A stretch of 64,000 bases of DNA from an uncultured bacterium (GCA_903827975.1 CAIKKG010000001.1:26175-90174); one strand, 5' to 3'. Shown: positions 47,391 to 57,964, counted from the first letter of the stretch. Made by a program: numbers and translations. Notes: generated from the letters alone by a model not told the origin.

Positions 47391-49156
47391 AGAGCTTTTT
47401 CTTGTACTGCAATAACAATGTCCTCTACAAATGCATCTATTGATTTAACCTCACTCATCTTGTTGCCGTGCTTTCTTATGGAGACGGTTCTATCGGAAAC
47501 CTCCTTATCACCAATAACTATTGTAAGCGGAATTTTTCTAAGTTCGGCCTCACGTACGCGTTTCCCAAGCGTTTCATTTGCTGGAGAAAGTTCGGCGCGA
47601 ATTGATGCTTCTTTTAGTGTGCTCAATAATGCTTTTGCATATTCAGCATGAACATCATTTATTGGAACTATCATAACCTGAACTGGTGCAAGCCAGAAAG
47701 GAAATAGACCTGCGGTATGTTCAATTAGAATTGATAGGAAGCGCTCTATTGAGCCCATTACGGCCGCGTGAATCATCACAATGCCTTCTTTCTTACCCTC
47801 TTCATTTACACAGCTTAAATCAAACCTCTCAGGCATATTCATATCCAATTGGATAGTCGCAACCTGCCACTCTCGTCCAAGTGAATCCTTTGCAAGAAAA
47901 TCGAGCTTAGGTCCATAAAATGCAGCCTCACCAAGTCCGTCAATTGCATTAACCTTCTTCTCATCAGCGATTGATTTGAGCATTGACTCAGCCATTTTCC
48001 AGCGCTTTGAATCACCAAGATATTTTTCTGGGTGCTTTGGGTCGTGTCTTGAAAGACGAACATTAAGGTTGAATCCAAATTTCGGATAAAACTCATGTAT
48101 GATGTCCCAGATTTTCAAAAACTCTTCTCTTACCTGATCCATGCGACAGAAGACGTGTGCATCGTCCTGCGCAAATGCACGTACGCGCGAAAGACCGGAA
48201 AGCTCTCCAGACTGCTCATCTCTGTAGCACATCGTGGTGTTTGCGTATCGCTGAGGAAGTTCACGATAGCTCCACTGCTTACGCGCATAAATCTGAGTGT
48301 GGTGTGGGCAGTTCATCGGCTTCATTGCAAACTCATGTCCCTCACGAGTTCTTACGTGGAACAAATCATCTTTATATTTATCCCAGTGTCCGCTTTTTAT
48401 ATATAAATCCTTTTTCGTTATGTGAGGAATCTCTACGCGTTCGTAACCGTGTTTTTCGCGAAGCTCCCAAACAAAATCATCAAGAAGCATGCGAACCAAT
48501 GTTCCTCTTGGTGTCCAAAGGGGGAGTCCGCTACCAACAAGGTCAGAAAATGTAAAAAGATCCAACTGCGGTCCCAATATTTTGTGGTCACGTTTTTTTG
48601 CCTCCTCCTGCATGGTGACAAAATCATCAAGCTCTTTTTTAGTTTCAAAAGCCAACCCGTAAATGCGAGTTAACATTTTATTTTTCTCACTTCCTCTCCA
48701 GTATGCTCCGGCAAGTGTCGTGAGTTTAAATCCATCAGGATTTATTTCAGAAGTATTTTTTACGTGAGGTCCTGAGCAGAGGTCAAAAAATACTACTTTT
48801 TTAGCCTTTCCCTTACCGCTCGCTGTTTCAAATATAGAAATTGATGCTTTCTTCTTTTTAAGCTCTGCGATTAGTTCTTTCTTATAGGGCTCTTTCTTAA
48901 AAGAATTTGAAGCCTGAATAGGAGTTATTATCTTCTTACTAAATGATAGTTTCTCCCTTGCTAGTTCGCGTACGCGCTTCTCGAGCACCTTTACGTCAGC
49001 CTCTGAAATAGGTTCCTGAAATTCAAAGTCATAATAAAAGCCGTTTTCGATTACGGGACCTATGCCAAGCTTTGTTTTTGGGTATTTTTCCAAAACCGCG
49101 GCCGCCAAAAGGTGCGAGAGTGAGTGTCGCACATTGAACATTTTATCCGTTTTCAT
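47387..49156 (-). CDS. thrS: threonyl-tRNA synthetase (short form lacking the N-terminal TGS/N1 domains)
   Basis: Begins with the second editing-like domain (HSLSHLLAAAVLEKYP), class II catalytic core and a C-terminal anticodon-binding domain; 589 aa. Confidence 0.85.
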   Translation of the reverse strand: MKTDKMFNVRHSLSHLLAAAVLEKYPKTKLGIGPVIENGFYYDFEFQEPISEADVKVLEKRVRELAREKLSFSKKIITPIQASNSFKKEPYKKELIAELKKKKASISIFETASGKGKAKKVVFFDLCSGPHVKNTSEINPDGFKLTTLAGAYWRGSEKNKMLTRIYGLAFETKKELDDFVTMQEEAKKRDHKILGPQLDLFTFSDLVGSGLPLWTPRGTLVRMLLDDFVWELREKHGYERVEIPHITKKDLYIKSGHWDKYKDDLFHVRTREGHEFAMKPMNCPHHTQIYARKQWSYRELPQRYANTTMCYRDEQSGELSGLSRVRAFAQDDAHVFCRMDQVREEFLKIWDIIHEFYPKFGFNLNVRLSRHDPKHPEKYLGDSKRWKMAESMLKSIADEKKVNAIDGLGEAAFYGPKLDFLAKDSLGREWQVATIQLDMNMPERFDLSCVNEEGKKEGIVMIHAAVMGSIERFLSILIEHTAGLFPFWLAPVQVMIVPINDVHAEYAKALLSTLKEASIRAELSPANETLGKRVREAELRKIPLTIVIGDKEVSDRTVSIRKHGNKMSEVKSIDAFVEDIVIAVQEKAL

Positions 49157-49227
49157 ACCAGTATATTATAAGGCAGATTTATAGGATTTGCGAGAAATTA
49201 AAATAAAGCACGTCAGGCGCAAGTAAT

Positions 49228-52200
49228 TTAATTTTTTGGTTCTACAAGAATGCGAACCTCATCACAAATAAACTTCTGCTCGTCATTTTTGAATGAAACC
49301 CTTCCTGCAATTGCTATACATTTACCAACCTCCCACGCTAATGGTGTTTTTTTCATTGACTCTTCGAACACAAGAACCTCAATTTTTTCAGTGTGATCTT
49401 CTATTGTTACAAAAAGCATGGGCGTTCCCTTTTTTGTAGTAATCTTCTCAATAATAGTTACCGCTCCAGCAACCCATTCACGTGGACCGCCCTTACGCTC
49501 GAACTTTACTGGTGGGAGTGCGAGTACAACCTTAATAGGTTTTATCTTGCCGCGCAAAAGAGGAATAAATGGTTCAAACGGGTGACCAGTAATATATAGG
49601 CCCAATAATTCCTTCTCCCATTTTAGTATTGTATTTTTATCTACTGGCGGAGCAGGTTTGATTCGTAATTTTGAAACATGAGCGTCTGCGCCAAACAGAG
49701 AGTTCTGGTTTGCTAATCTGCTACGCTTTGCAGTCTGGTTGAATTGCAAAATCTCCTCAATGTTTGCAATTATATCTCCGCGTGTAACTCCGAAAGAATC
49801 AAATGCTCCAGCCATCGCAAGGTTTTCAAAAGACTTCTTATTCAAATCTTTGTGCTGAATCCTGTTTATGAAGTTTGTTAAATCAGAATATGGACCGTTG
49901 CTATTTCGTTCCTCAATTATATATTGAACAATATTTGCGCCGACATTCTTTATTGCCATTAGACCAAAGCGAATATTCGGGCCATCGACAGCAAAATCCT
50001 GAGCGCTCAGATTTATGTCAGGAGGTAATACTTTTATATTTAAATGCTTCGCCTCGCTTACAAGGAAATTAATTCTATCAATGTCAGTTCCTGAAACATT
50101 AAGAAGGCTTGCGGTGAACTCAACAGTATAGTGAGCCTTTAGGTATGCAGTCTGATAACTTATTGTCGCATAGCATGCCGCGTGACTGCGGTTAAAACCG
50201 TATCTAGCAAATGGAGGGAAGAGTTCCCAGATTTCTTTCGCAATCTTTTCACTAATACCATTCTTAACCATTCCATCAATTAATTTTCCACGTTGTTCCG
50301 CCAAAAGCTCCTTAATCTTTTTTCCTATTGCCTTACGAAGCGTATCGGCTTCTGCAAGTGTGAATCCTGCAAGGTCGCGCGCGATTCTCATCATTTGCTC
50401 CTGATACACACCAACTCCGTATGTTTTTCTTAAAATTGGTTCAAGTCGTGGATGTATGTATTCCACTTCTTCCTTGCCATGCTTACGCAAAATATATGAT
50501 GGAATAAGTTCCATCGGCCCAGGACGGTAAAGAGAAATCATAGCAATAATATCTTCTAACTCAGTTGGTACGAGATCTTTAAGATAATGTCGCATGCCAG
50601 AAGACTCAAGTTGGAATACACCAGTCGTATCGCCAGCACGAAGAAGCTCAAATGTTTTCTGGTCATCAAGTGGAATTGCATCAATATCAATTTTGACCCC
50701 ATGAAGCTCATTGATAATACGAAGTGTCTTTTCAATAATCGTAAGATTTTTTAGTCCCAAAAAGTCCATCTTTAGAACACCCAAGTCTTCAACTGCGTGC
50801 ATTTCGCACTGCGTAACAATAGAGTCCTCGCCCTGAGGAGCTCTCTGTAGTGCCATGTAGTTCGTAAGAGGTTCTGCAGAAATAACAACGCCACAAGCAT
50901 GGACAGATGCGTGGCGGGCAACACCCTCTAATTTTTTTGCAGCATCAATTAGTTTTTTAGCGTCAGGGTTCTTATCGTATATTGCTTTTAATTCTGGTAT
51001 GGCCTGTAAGCTCGCATCAAGCCAACCCGTTTTCATTCCTTGTGTTGGGTTGAAGGGGATTAACTTTGCAATCTCATCACAAAGACCGTATGAAAGTCCA
51101 AGTGCGCGACCAGCGTCACGAATTGCAGCGCGTGCCGCCATTGTTCCAAATGTAATAATCTGCGCAACACGGTCATTACCATATTTTTCTCGCACATAAG
51201 AAACTACCTCGTCACGACGAATATCAGTAAAGTCTGTATCAACGTCGGGAGTCTGTATGCGGTCAGGGTTTAGGAAACGCTCAAAAAGTAGGTCATATTT
51301 TATGGGGTCAATATTTGTAATGCGCAAAATATATGCGATAACGCTGCCAGCAGCAGAACCTCTTCCTGGGCCCACAACAATTCCATGGTCCTTTGCCCAA
51401 TTTATGTAATCCTGAACAATTAAGAAGTAATCAGAGAAGCCAGTCTTTTCAATTACGCCGAGCTCCATTTCAAGTCGCGCCTCTATTTCTGGAGTCATCT
51501 CTGGGTATCGCGTTCCTATCCTCTCATTAATTAGTTGCTTCAGATATTCAAATGAAGTCGAAATACCATCAGGTGGCTCGAATCTAGGAAGAAGAGTTTT
51601 ACCAAGAACAATTTCTAGATTGCACGCATCTGCAATACGATATGTATTTTCAATTGCCTGTGGAATATCTTTAAATATTTCTACCATCTCTTCTTCTGGG
51701 CGGAGCGACAAATCATATTTCTTTAATGTGAGACGGTCCTCATCATCAAGTTTTGTAGATGTCTGTACGGCAAGAAGTATTTCATGAACCGGTCTGTCTT
51801 CAAGTTTTGCGTAGTGCGTGTCTTGTGTTGCAACAACGGGAATGCCGAGCTCATGAGAAAGTTTTAAAAGTGGCGCATGTAGTTCAGGTGAGTGTGGTTG
51901 TAGTTCTAAATAAAAATCATTACCAAAAAGATTCTGATACCAGCGCGCAGCCATTTTTGCCTCATCGATTTTCTTTTCAGCTATAAGTTTTGAAACCTCA
52001 CCACCGTAACATCCGGAAAGACAAATTATTCCTTCGTGATGCTCTTCTAATAATTCTTTATCAATGCGTGGTTTGTAATAAAATCCATCAAGGTTTGATT
52101 TCGTAACGAGCTGAATAATGTTTAGCCAACCCTCAGTATTTTTTGCTAGAAGTATTAAGTGATAGCGCTTCTCATCAACGCCTACGCGTTTATTTAGGCG

Positions 52201-52422
52201 ACCATACGGAGCCATATATGCCTCAACGCCGAGTATTGGTTTTATTCCAGCCTTCTTGGCTGCTTTATAAAATTCAATTGCGCCATAAAGATTGCCATGA
52301 TCGGTGAGTGCTAGAGACTCCATTCCTAATTCCTTTGCGCGAGATACAAGGTCATTCACTTTTGCGAGACCATCAAGAAGAGAGTAATGAGAGTGAACAT
52401 GGAGATGTACGAATTTATTCAT
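49228..52422 (-). CDS. dnaE: DNA polymerase III alpha subunit
   Basis: PHP domain start MNKFVHLHVHSHYSLLDG, polymerase core and OB fold; the ORF call includes a 13-codon upstream extension to 52461. Confidence 0.9.
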   Translation of the reverse strand: MNKFVHLHVHSHYSLLDGLAKVNDLVSRAKELGMESLALTDHGNLYGAIEFYKAAKKAGIKPILGVEAYMAPYGRLNKRVGVDEKRYHLILLAKNTEGWLNIIQLVTKSNLDGFYYKPRIDKELLEEHHEGIICLSGCYGGEVSKLIAEKKIDEAKMAARWYQNLFGNDFYLELQPHSPELHAPLLKLSHELGIPVVATQDTHYAKLEDRPVHEILLAVQTSTKLDDEDRLTLKKYDLSLRPEEEMVEIFKDIPQAIENTYRIADACNLEIVLGKTLLPRFEPPDGISTSFEYLKQLINERIGTRYPEMTPEIEARLEMELGVIEKTGFSDYFLIVQDYINWAKDHGIVVGPGRGSAAGSVIAYILRITNIDPIKYDLLFERFLNPDRIQTPDVDTDFTDIRRDEVVSYVREKYGNDRVAQIITFGTMAARAAIRDAGRALGLSYGLCDEIAKLIPFNPTQGMKTGWLDASLQAIPELKAIYDKNPDAKKLIDAAKKLEGVARHASVHACGVVISAEPLTNYMALQRAPQGEDSIVTQCEMHAVEDLGVLKMDFLGLKNLTIIEKTLRIINELHGVKIDIDAIPLDDQKTFELLRAGDTTGVFQLESSGMRHYLKDLVPTELEDIIAMISLYRPGPMELIPSYILRKHGKEEVEYIHPRLEPILRKTYGVGVYQEQMMRIARDLAGFTLAEADTLRKAIGKKIKELLAEQRGKLIDGMVKNGISEKIAKEIWELFPPFARYGFNRSHAACYATISYQTAYLKAHYTVEFTASLLNVSGTDIDRINFLVSEAKHLNIKVLPPDINLSAQDFAVDGPNIRFGLMAIKNVGANIVQYIIEERNSNGPYSDLTNFINRIQHKDLNKKSFENLAMAGAFDSFGVTRGDIIANIEEILQFNQTAKRSRLANQNSLFGADAHVSKLRIKPAPPVDKNTILKWEKELLGLYITGHPFEPFIPLLRGKIKPIKVVLALPPVKFERKGGPREWVAGAVTIIEKITTKKGTPMLFVTIEDHTEKIEVLVFEESMKKTPLAWEVGKCIAIAGRVSFKNDEQKFICDEVRILVEPKN

Positions 52423-52574
52423 TGAGTTTCGGAATAGTTGCCCCGACCTATGCAAGCCCATCGAGGGAAATTAATTTCCTTCTCATTCTACTTTTCTATT
52501 CAGAATGAAACAATGTGTGGATAGTGAGATTTGTGGCATAGTAGGGGAGCAATATCTTGTCAACAATTAAGGTT

Positions 52575-52604
52575 TTACGTAAAAATACGTAAATATGCTA
52601 TAAT
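52575..52604 (+). promoter_or_regulatory. lexA promoter region: TATAAT -10 at 52599-52604, 7 nt before the ATG (leaderless), overlapped by tandem palindromes TTACGTAA-AAA-TACGTAA (candidate LexA operator)
   Basis: Perfect -10 hexamer and no room for an SD; two self-complementary TACGTA motifs occupy the -35/spacer positions. Confidence 0.35.
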
Positions 52605-52610
52605 TTAGCC

Positions 52611-53270
52611 ATGCATCAAATACAGGAATCACTTTTAAAACTTGCAGGCGAAAAAAATCTCGGTCAGTTCACACTCCGAGAAATAGGCGCATTTATAGGT
52701 GAGGATTCACCACAAAAAGTTAAACATCATATTCAGCAGTTACAACAGAAAGGATTAATTAAAATTGATAAAGTGAAAGGAACAATACAAAAAACAAAAC
52801 AAGAGTGGGAGAAAAGTCTTTTGGGTGCTGTGAGACTTCTATCTATTCCTATTCTGGGTGCGGTGAACGCGGGGCCTGCGCAGATTTTTGCAGAAACAAA
52901 TATTGAGGGATTTTTGAAGGTCTCTAGTGCACTTCTCGACAATACACCTCGCGATGTACAGACATTTTTAGCACTTAAGGTTGTAGGCCCGAGCATGAAC
53001 CGCGCGGAGATAAACAAAAAGCGAATTGAGGACGGGGATTATGTGATTGTGGATATTGGTGACAGGAATGTCAGTGATGGAGATATAGTTTTATCTATCA
53101 TTGATGGCATGGCCAACATAAAAAGATTCCGCCACGATAAGGAGAATGGTCATGTTGTCCTTATGTCAGAATCAACAAAAGATTTCCCACCTATCTATAT
53201 TCATGAGAACGATAATTTCATGATTAACGGTAAGGTTATTCAGGTTATTAAAAAACCTATGTTTGGCTAA
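52611..53270 (+). CDS. lexA: LexA repressor (wHTH plus S24 peptidase)
   Basis: N-terminal HTH, Ala-Gly cleavage region (VNAGPA), and catalytic Ser (VGPSM) and Lys (NIKRF) of the S24 fold. Confidence 0.8.
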   Translation: MHQIQESLLKLAGEKNLGQFTLREIGAFIGEDSPQKVKHHIQQLQQKGLIKIDKVKGTIQKTKQEWEKSLLGAVRLLSIPILGAVNAGPAQIFAETNIEGFLKVSSALLDNTPRDVQTFLALKVVGPSMNRAEINKKRIEDGDYVIVDIGDRNVSDGDIVLSIIDGMANIKRFRHDKENGHVVLMSESTKDFPPIYIHENDNFMINGKVIQVIKKPMFG

Positions 53271-53341
53271 AAGTCATTTTTATCTTCTAAAAATATAACT
53301 ATGCAATTTCACGGCATTCACTGTATGCTGAAATTATATAG

Positions 53342-54007
53342 ATGAGAAAAATTAAGAGTGGTAAGTGGATCATAGGAATAGATGAAGTTGGGCGTGGCGC
53401 ACTCGCCGGACCGGTTACAGTCGGTATTTTTGCAATACACTCAAAAAATTCAAAATTAATTAAATCATCTGGTCTTACGCTTAGAGATTCAAAAAAGTTG
53501 TCAGCACTTCAGAGGGAGGTATGGGTAAGGCATATGAACTTATGGAAGAAGGAGGGGCGGGATGTATATTTTGCAACGTGCAGTATGTCTCACAAGGTTG
53601 TAGATAAGATTAATGTTGCTGAGGCAGCAAATAAGGCAGCAACAAGGGCACTAGATAAACTTCTTATAGATTCCGCAATAAATCCGAATAATGCTAAAGT
53701 TTTTTTGGACGGCGGACTATACATAAAAGACAAGTATCTGATTAAAAACAGGGGCATGGCCAGAAAACTTCCAAAATCAGAAACACTCATTAAAGGTGAC
53801 GAGAATGTGCCAGTTATTGCACTCGCATCTATCCTTGCTAAGGTTACTAGGGACAGAAAACTAACTAAGTTGGATGCAGAGTACCCAGTATATAAGTTCG
53901 CAACCCATAAGGGGTATGGTACTAAGGTTCATATACGCGCAATTAAGGCCAATGGTATTTCCGATATTCACAGATTGACCTTCACGAAGAAATGGGCTAA
54001 TATCTAA
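53342..54007 (+). CDS. rnhB: ribonuclease HII
   Basis: IIGIDEVGRGALAGPV catalytic motif; 221 aa. Confidence 0.85.
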   Translation: MRKIKSGKWIIGIDEVGRGALAGPVTVGIFAIHSKNSKLIKSSGLTLRDSKKLSALQREVWVRHMNLWKKEGRDVYFATCSMSHKVVDKINVAEAANKAATRALDKLLIDSAINPNNAKVFLDGGLYIKDKYLIKNRGMARKLPKSETLIKGDENVPVIALASILAKVTRDRKLTKLDAEYPVYKFATHKGYGTKVHIRAIKANGISDIHRLTFTKKWANI

Positions 54008-54012
54008 CCGAT

Positions 54013-54207
54013 ATGTCAAGAACAAGTCATCACGCAAAATCAAAAGTTGGCAGAAGGCGTTCCCAGTTGGCAAGAAAGCCACAACACCTTACAGCATGTG
54101 TAAACTGTGGAGGACCTACACTCGCACACAAAGCATGCCCACAGTGCGGAACGTATAAGAAAGCCGAAAAGAAAGTTGTAGCGAAAGTTAGCAAGGTGGC
54201 GAAGTAA
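54013..54207 (+). CDS. rpmF: 50S ribosomal protein L32 (zinc-ribbon form)
   Basis: Basic N-terminus (SRTSHHAKSKVGRRRSQ) and CxxC...CxxC (CVNCG...CPQCG). Confidence 0.7.
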   Translation: MSRTSHHAKSKVGRRRSQLARKPQHLTACVNCGGPTLAHKACPQCGTYKKAEKKVVAKVSKVAK

Positions 54208-54258
54208 TTCGCCCCCTTTTGTTTTTTATTAGATAATTTACAATTATATAAGTAACCT

Positions 54259-54723
54259 ATGGCTACCAGACACCTTGTAAGAACAATAGTTTTACAGTCC
54301 CTTTACGAGTGGGATTTTTATAAGCAGCAAACCGACCTTACAAAGATCGTTGAGAGAAACATAGTCGAATTTGGACCCGGCATTGATGAGCCGGATTTTG
54401 TTTGGCGCACTGTTAAGGGCGTTATTGAGCATTTACCAGCAATTAACAAAGTAATTGAAAAAGCAGCACCAGAGTGGCCGCTTGAGCAGATTGCAATAAT
54501 CGATAGAAATGTACTAAGAATAGGGCTTTATGAACTGCTTTTTGCAGACAAGGCCGAGGTGCCAGCAAAAGTCGCAATTAACGAGGCGATAGAAATTGCA
54601 AAAGCATATGGCGGGGTGAACTCACCTAAGTTTATTAATGGCGTACTAGGCACTGTTTATAGGGAGATAACCGGAGATGTCGGAGAGGAAAAGAAGGAGG
54701 AAGAAAAAACAACTAAAGAATAG
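54259..54723 (+). CDS. nusB: transcription antitermination factor NusB
   Basis: All-helical NusB fold; [14 protein letters not shown]-terminus. Confidence 0.85.
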   Translation: MATRHLVRTIVLQSLYEWDFYKQQTDLTKIVERNIVEFGPGIDEPDFVWRTVKGVIEHLPAINKVIEKAAPEWPLEQIAIIDRNVLRIGLYELLFADKAEVPAKVAINEAIEIAKAYGGVNSPKFINGVLGTVYREITGDVGEEKKEEEKTTKE

Positions 54724-54746
54724 TATTTGCATTTCGCAGAGTTTCA

Positions 54747-55451
54747 ATGAAAAAACCGAAAGACTTGGAAGAGAAATTAAATATTGTTTTCAATAATCAG
54801 GATTTATTGAAAGAAGCGCTCACTCATCGTTCATATTTGAATGAAAATCAATCCTGGGGATACAAGAACAATGAGCGTTTGGAATATCTTGGCGATGCTG
54901 TACTCGAGCTAATTGTTACAGAAAATTTATTTTCACGTTTCCCAGACTTTCAAGAGGGTTATTTAACAAGTCTTAGGGCGGCACTCGTTAATTATCAGAT
55001 GCTCGGACGCGTTGCAAAGGAGATTACACTTGATAAATATCTATATCTTTCTAAAGGAGAGTCTAAGGATTTTGGTAAGGCACGAGAAGTTATTCTTGCA
55101 AACGCAATCGAGGCACTCTTCGGTGCAATATATCTTGATAGAGGTTACGACGTAACACGAGATTTTGTTATTCGCATCTTACTATCACATCTAGATGAGG
55201 TTATTGAGAAGAGACTATATCTTGACCCAAAGAGCCTACTTCAGGAATTCGTGCAGGATAAGTATAAACTAACTCCGACATATTCCGTTATTAAAGAAGA
55301 GGGTCCAGATCACCAGAAAATATTTTTAGTTGGCGTGTTTATTGGAGACAAAAAAGCAGCGGAAGCGACTGGTTCGTCGAAGCAGGAGGCAGAAACAAAA
55401 TCAGCGCTTGTGGCACTAGATGAATTTGAAGTAAAAAAAGTAAGTAACTAA
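54747..55451 (+). CDS. rnc: ribonuclease III
   Basis: RNase III signature ERLEYLGDAVLEL and a C-terminal dsRBD. Confidence 0.9.
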   Translation: MKKPKDLEEKLNIVFNNQDLLKEALTHRSYLNENQSWGYKNNERLEYLGDAVLELIVTENLFSRFPDFQEGYLTSLRAALVNYQMLGRVAKEITLDKYLYLSKGESKDFGKAREVILANAIEALFGAIYLDRGYDVTRDFVIRILLSHLDEVIEKRLYLDPKSLLQEFVQDKYKLTPTYSVIKEEGPDHQKIFLVGVFIGDKKAAEATGSSKQEAETKSALVALDEFEVKKVSN

Positions 55452-57641
55452 ATGCAGACCTTTTTAAAAAAATTGGAGTTGCAGGGATTTAAATCATTCG
55501 CACAGAAAAGCGACTTTGAATTTCCATATAGAGTTGTTGGTATTGTGGGTCCAAACGGCTCAGGTAAATCAAATGTAATCGACGCATTACGTTGGGTTCT
55601 TGGCGAAAGAGAGGCAAAACAACTTCGCGGAGATACGCTTGGTAATTTAATTTTTGCTGGTACACCGAAGCGCGCGGCCGTAGGATTCGCAAAGGTTACT
55701 TTATATTTTGATAATCGCGAGAGACTTTTTCCTATTGATGCGCCAGAGGTAATGCTTTCGCGCAGAATTGATAGGTCTGGAAACTCACAATTCTTTCTGC
55801 AAGACGCAGAAATTAGATTGAAAGATTTACAACCAATACTTGCAAGAGCAAAGTTGGGGGCCAGAGGTCTTACTATGATAGGTCAGGGGCAGAGCGATCT
55901 TTTTGTGCGAGCAACTCCAGATGAGAGAAGATTAATGATTGAGGAGATTTTGGGACTTAGAGAATTTCGTCTGAAGAAAAACCAGGCAGAAAGACAGCTT
56001 GCATCGAGTGAGGTAAATATGGAAAAGGTTGCGGCCATGCTCGAGGAGATAGCTCCGCACCTCAAATTTTTAAGAAAACAGAAATCACGTTTTGAAAAGA
56101 GATCTGAGATAGAAAAAGACCTACGCACATTTGAAAATACGTATTTTTCACATCGTTTTCAGGCGCTACATAGGGATATAAGCGTCACAGAAAAACCATT
56201 TGCTGAAGCAGAGGATGCGCGCAATATAAAAGAAAAAGAGGTAAGTGAATATGAAAGAGAATTAAAAGCGGTTAGTGGAGGTGAGACGCATGATGCAGAA
56301 CACGCAAAGAAACTTCGCTCAATACTCTCAGAGTTTTTCACAAAGCGTGCAGAGATTGAAAAATTACTCGCTCGTGCTGAGGCAAAGTTGGAATTTTTAT
56401 CAGCAACACCAACACACGCAGAACGCTCATCAATCGAAATGAAGGCGATTCTTGAAGCACTTGAGCAGGAAATTCGCGTAATGGATGAATGGCATGAGTT
56501 AGACAAGATTAAAAACTCATTAAAAACTATGGCTGTTCGAATCTCAGATTTTTTCAAAACTGAGCCAAAGGCTGATACAAAACCATTTGAGGCAGAAATC
56601 GAAAAACTAAGAAGTGAATTGCGTTTTGTTGAGGCAGAAATCGCCAAATCAAGAATAGAGGAGGAGAGAGTTGCTGAAGAGCAACAAAGTTCTAATAAAG
56701 AATTTAGAACCAAAGTAGAGGCACTCGAAATTAAGAAAAATGAGTTGAGAAAATTAGATCAACTCGTTCAGCAGTTAAAGTTTGATAGAGAGAGGTTAAA
56801 AATTAAAATGGAAGAGTTAGAGAGGGACTGGGCAATTCTAGGCCGCTCTATGGACGAGTTGCACACAATTGGAGAGGTTAGAGATATTGTGGAATTTAGT
56901 GATCTTGAACGTAAGATGCTACGTTTGCGCGGAGAACTAGCCGCAATTGGAGAAATAGACGAGACGCTTGTAAAAGAGGCGACTGAGACCGAAACAAGGT
57001 TTGAATTTTTAACCAAAGAACTCGAGGATCTAAGAAATGCAGTCTCTGATTTGCGTTCACTAATCAAGGAGTTGGATCATAAGATTCATATGAATTTTAA
57101 GAGTGCCTTCTCTGCAATAAGCGATGAGTTTAATAATTATTTTCAGCTTATGTTTGGAGGTGGCAAGGCAAAGATGAAGTTGAAAATGCCAGAGGTACAG
57201 ATTCAGGACATAATTCCTATAACAGCTGAGGATTCTGTGAATACGGAAACTGGAGAAGTAAAAGAAGAAAAGAAGGAAAAACTATCAGAGCTTTCAGCTG
57301 GAGTTGAGATAGAGATATCAATACCTCGTAAGAAGATTGGTAGTCTTGATATGTTGTCTGGAGGAGAGAAGAGTTTGGTTTCGTTAGCAGCACTTTTTGC
57401 GCTCATCTCGGTAAGTCCGCCACCATTTTTAGTATTGGATGAAATTGACGCACCTCTTGATGAAGATAATGCGCGTAGATTTTCTGATTTAGTAAAAGAA
57501 TTCTCAAAGAAGACTCAGTTTATTATTGTGACGCATAATCGTACAACAATGGAGTCAGCAGATATCCTGTATGGAGTAACCATGGGTGATGATGGCGTGT
57601 CTAAAACACTATCTCTTAAGCTAGATACCGCAAAAAGCTAA
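55452..57641 (+). CDS. smc: SMC-family chromosome segregation ATPase (short, 729 aa)
   Basis: N-terminal Walker A (GPNGSGKSN), long coiled coil, C-terminal signature LSGGEKSLVSLAALFAL and Walker B/D-loop (FLVLDEIDAPLD). Confidence 0.8.
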   Translation: MQTFLKKLELQGFKSFAQKSDFEFPYRVVGIVGPNGSGKSNVIDALRWVLGEREAKQLRGDTLGNLIFAGTPKRAAVGFAKVTLYFDNRERLFPIDAPEVMLSRRIDRSGNSQFFLQDAEIRLKDLQPILARAKLGARGLTMIGQGQSDLFVRATPDERRLMIEEILGLREFRLKKNQAERQLASSEVNMEKVAAMLEEIAPHLKFLRKQKSRFEKRSEIEKDLRTFENTYFSHRFQALHRDISVTEKPFAEAEDARNIKEKEVSEYERELKAVSGGETHDAEHAKKLRSILSEFFTKRAEIEKLLARAEAKLEFLSATPTHAERSSIEMKAILEALEQEIRVMDEWHELDKIKNSLKTMAVRISDFFKTEPKADTKPFEAEIEKLRSELRFVEAEIAKSRIEEERVAEEQQSSNKEFRTKVEALEIKKNELRKLDQLVQQLKFDRERLKIKMEELERDWAILGRSMDELHTIGEVRDIVEFSDLERKMLRLRGELAAIGEIDETLVKEATETETRFEFLTKELEDLRNAVSDLRSLIKELDHKIHMNFKSAFSAISDEFNNYFQLMFGGGKAKMKLKMPEVQIQDIIPITAEDSVNTETGEVKEEKKEKLSELSAGVEIEISIPRKKIGSLDMLSGGEKSLVSLAALFALISVSPPPFLVLDEIDAPLDEDNARRFSDLVKEFSKKTQFIIVTHNRTTMESADILYGVTMGDDGVSKTLSLKLDTAKS

Positions 57642-57789
57642 AAAGCGAGCTCACCGTCTTTAGTCCCATAGCAATAGAGTGCGTGGGGCTTTTTAATGCT
57701 ATTTATTGTTGACTTGAATTGGTTTTGGTGGCATTTTTATTCAAGCACAAACGATAGGAGGCACGTCGTCTCCAAAACAAGGAGGATTT

Positions 57790-57945
57790 GTGGAACAGGT
57801 GAAGATTTTTGAATCAAGGATGCGCAATGAAATTGAGGCGCAGATAAATACCTGGCTTGCTGAGAACCCAGCTCTCGAGATTACTCGGAGAACTCAGTCG
57901 GCGGACTCAAACAGGCTCGTAATCGCTATCTGGTATAAGGCATAG
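57790..57945 (+). CDS. candidate small protein (51 aa, GTG start), not in the ORF track
   Basis: AAGGAGG RBS 4 nt upstream of GTG; the ORF VEQVKIFESRMRNEIEAQINTWLAENPALEITRRTQSADSNRLVIAIWYKA ends 20 nt before a strong hairpin terminator; it sits in an otherwise empty 390 bp gap. Confidence 0.35.
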   Translation: MEQVKIFESRMRNEIEAQINTWLAENPALEITRRTQSADSNRLVIAIWYKA

Positions 57946-57964
57946 TAATATTTTATAAAATATT

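Noticed and set aside
31860-52600. TACGTAAA motif recurring upstream of mraZ/mntH (31875), dedA (37138) and lexA as a global regulator site
   Set aside because: A 6-mer AT-rich palindrome is expected about 20 times in 64 kb at this base composition. Only the tandem arrangement at lexA is noteworthy.
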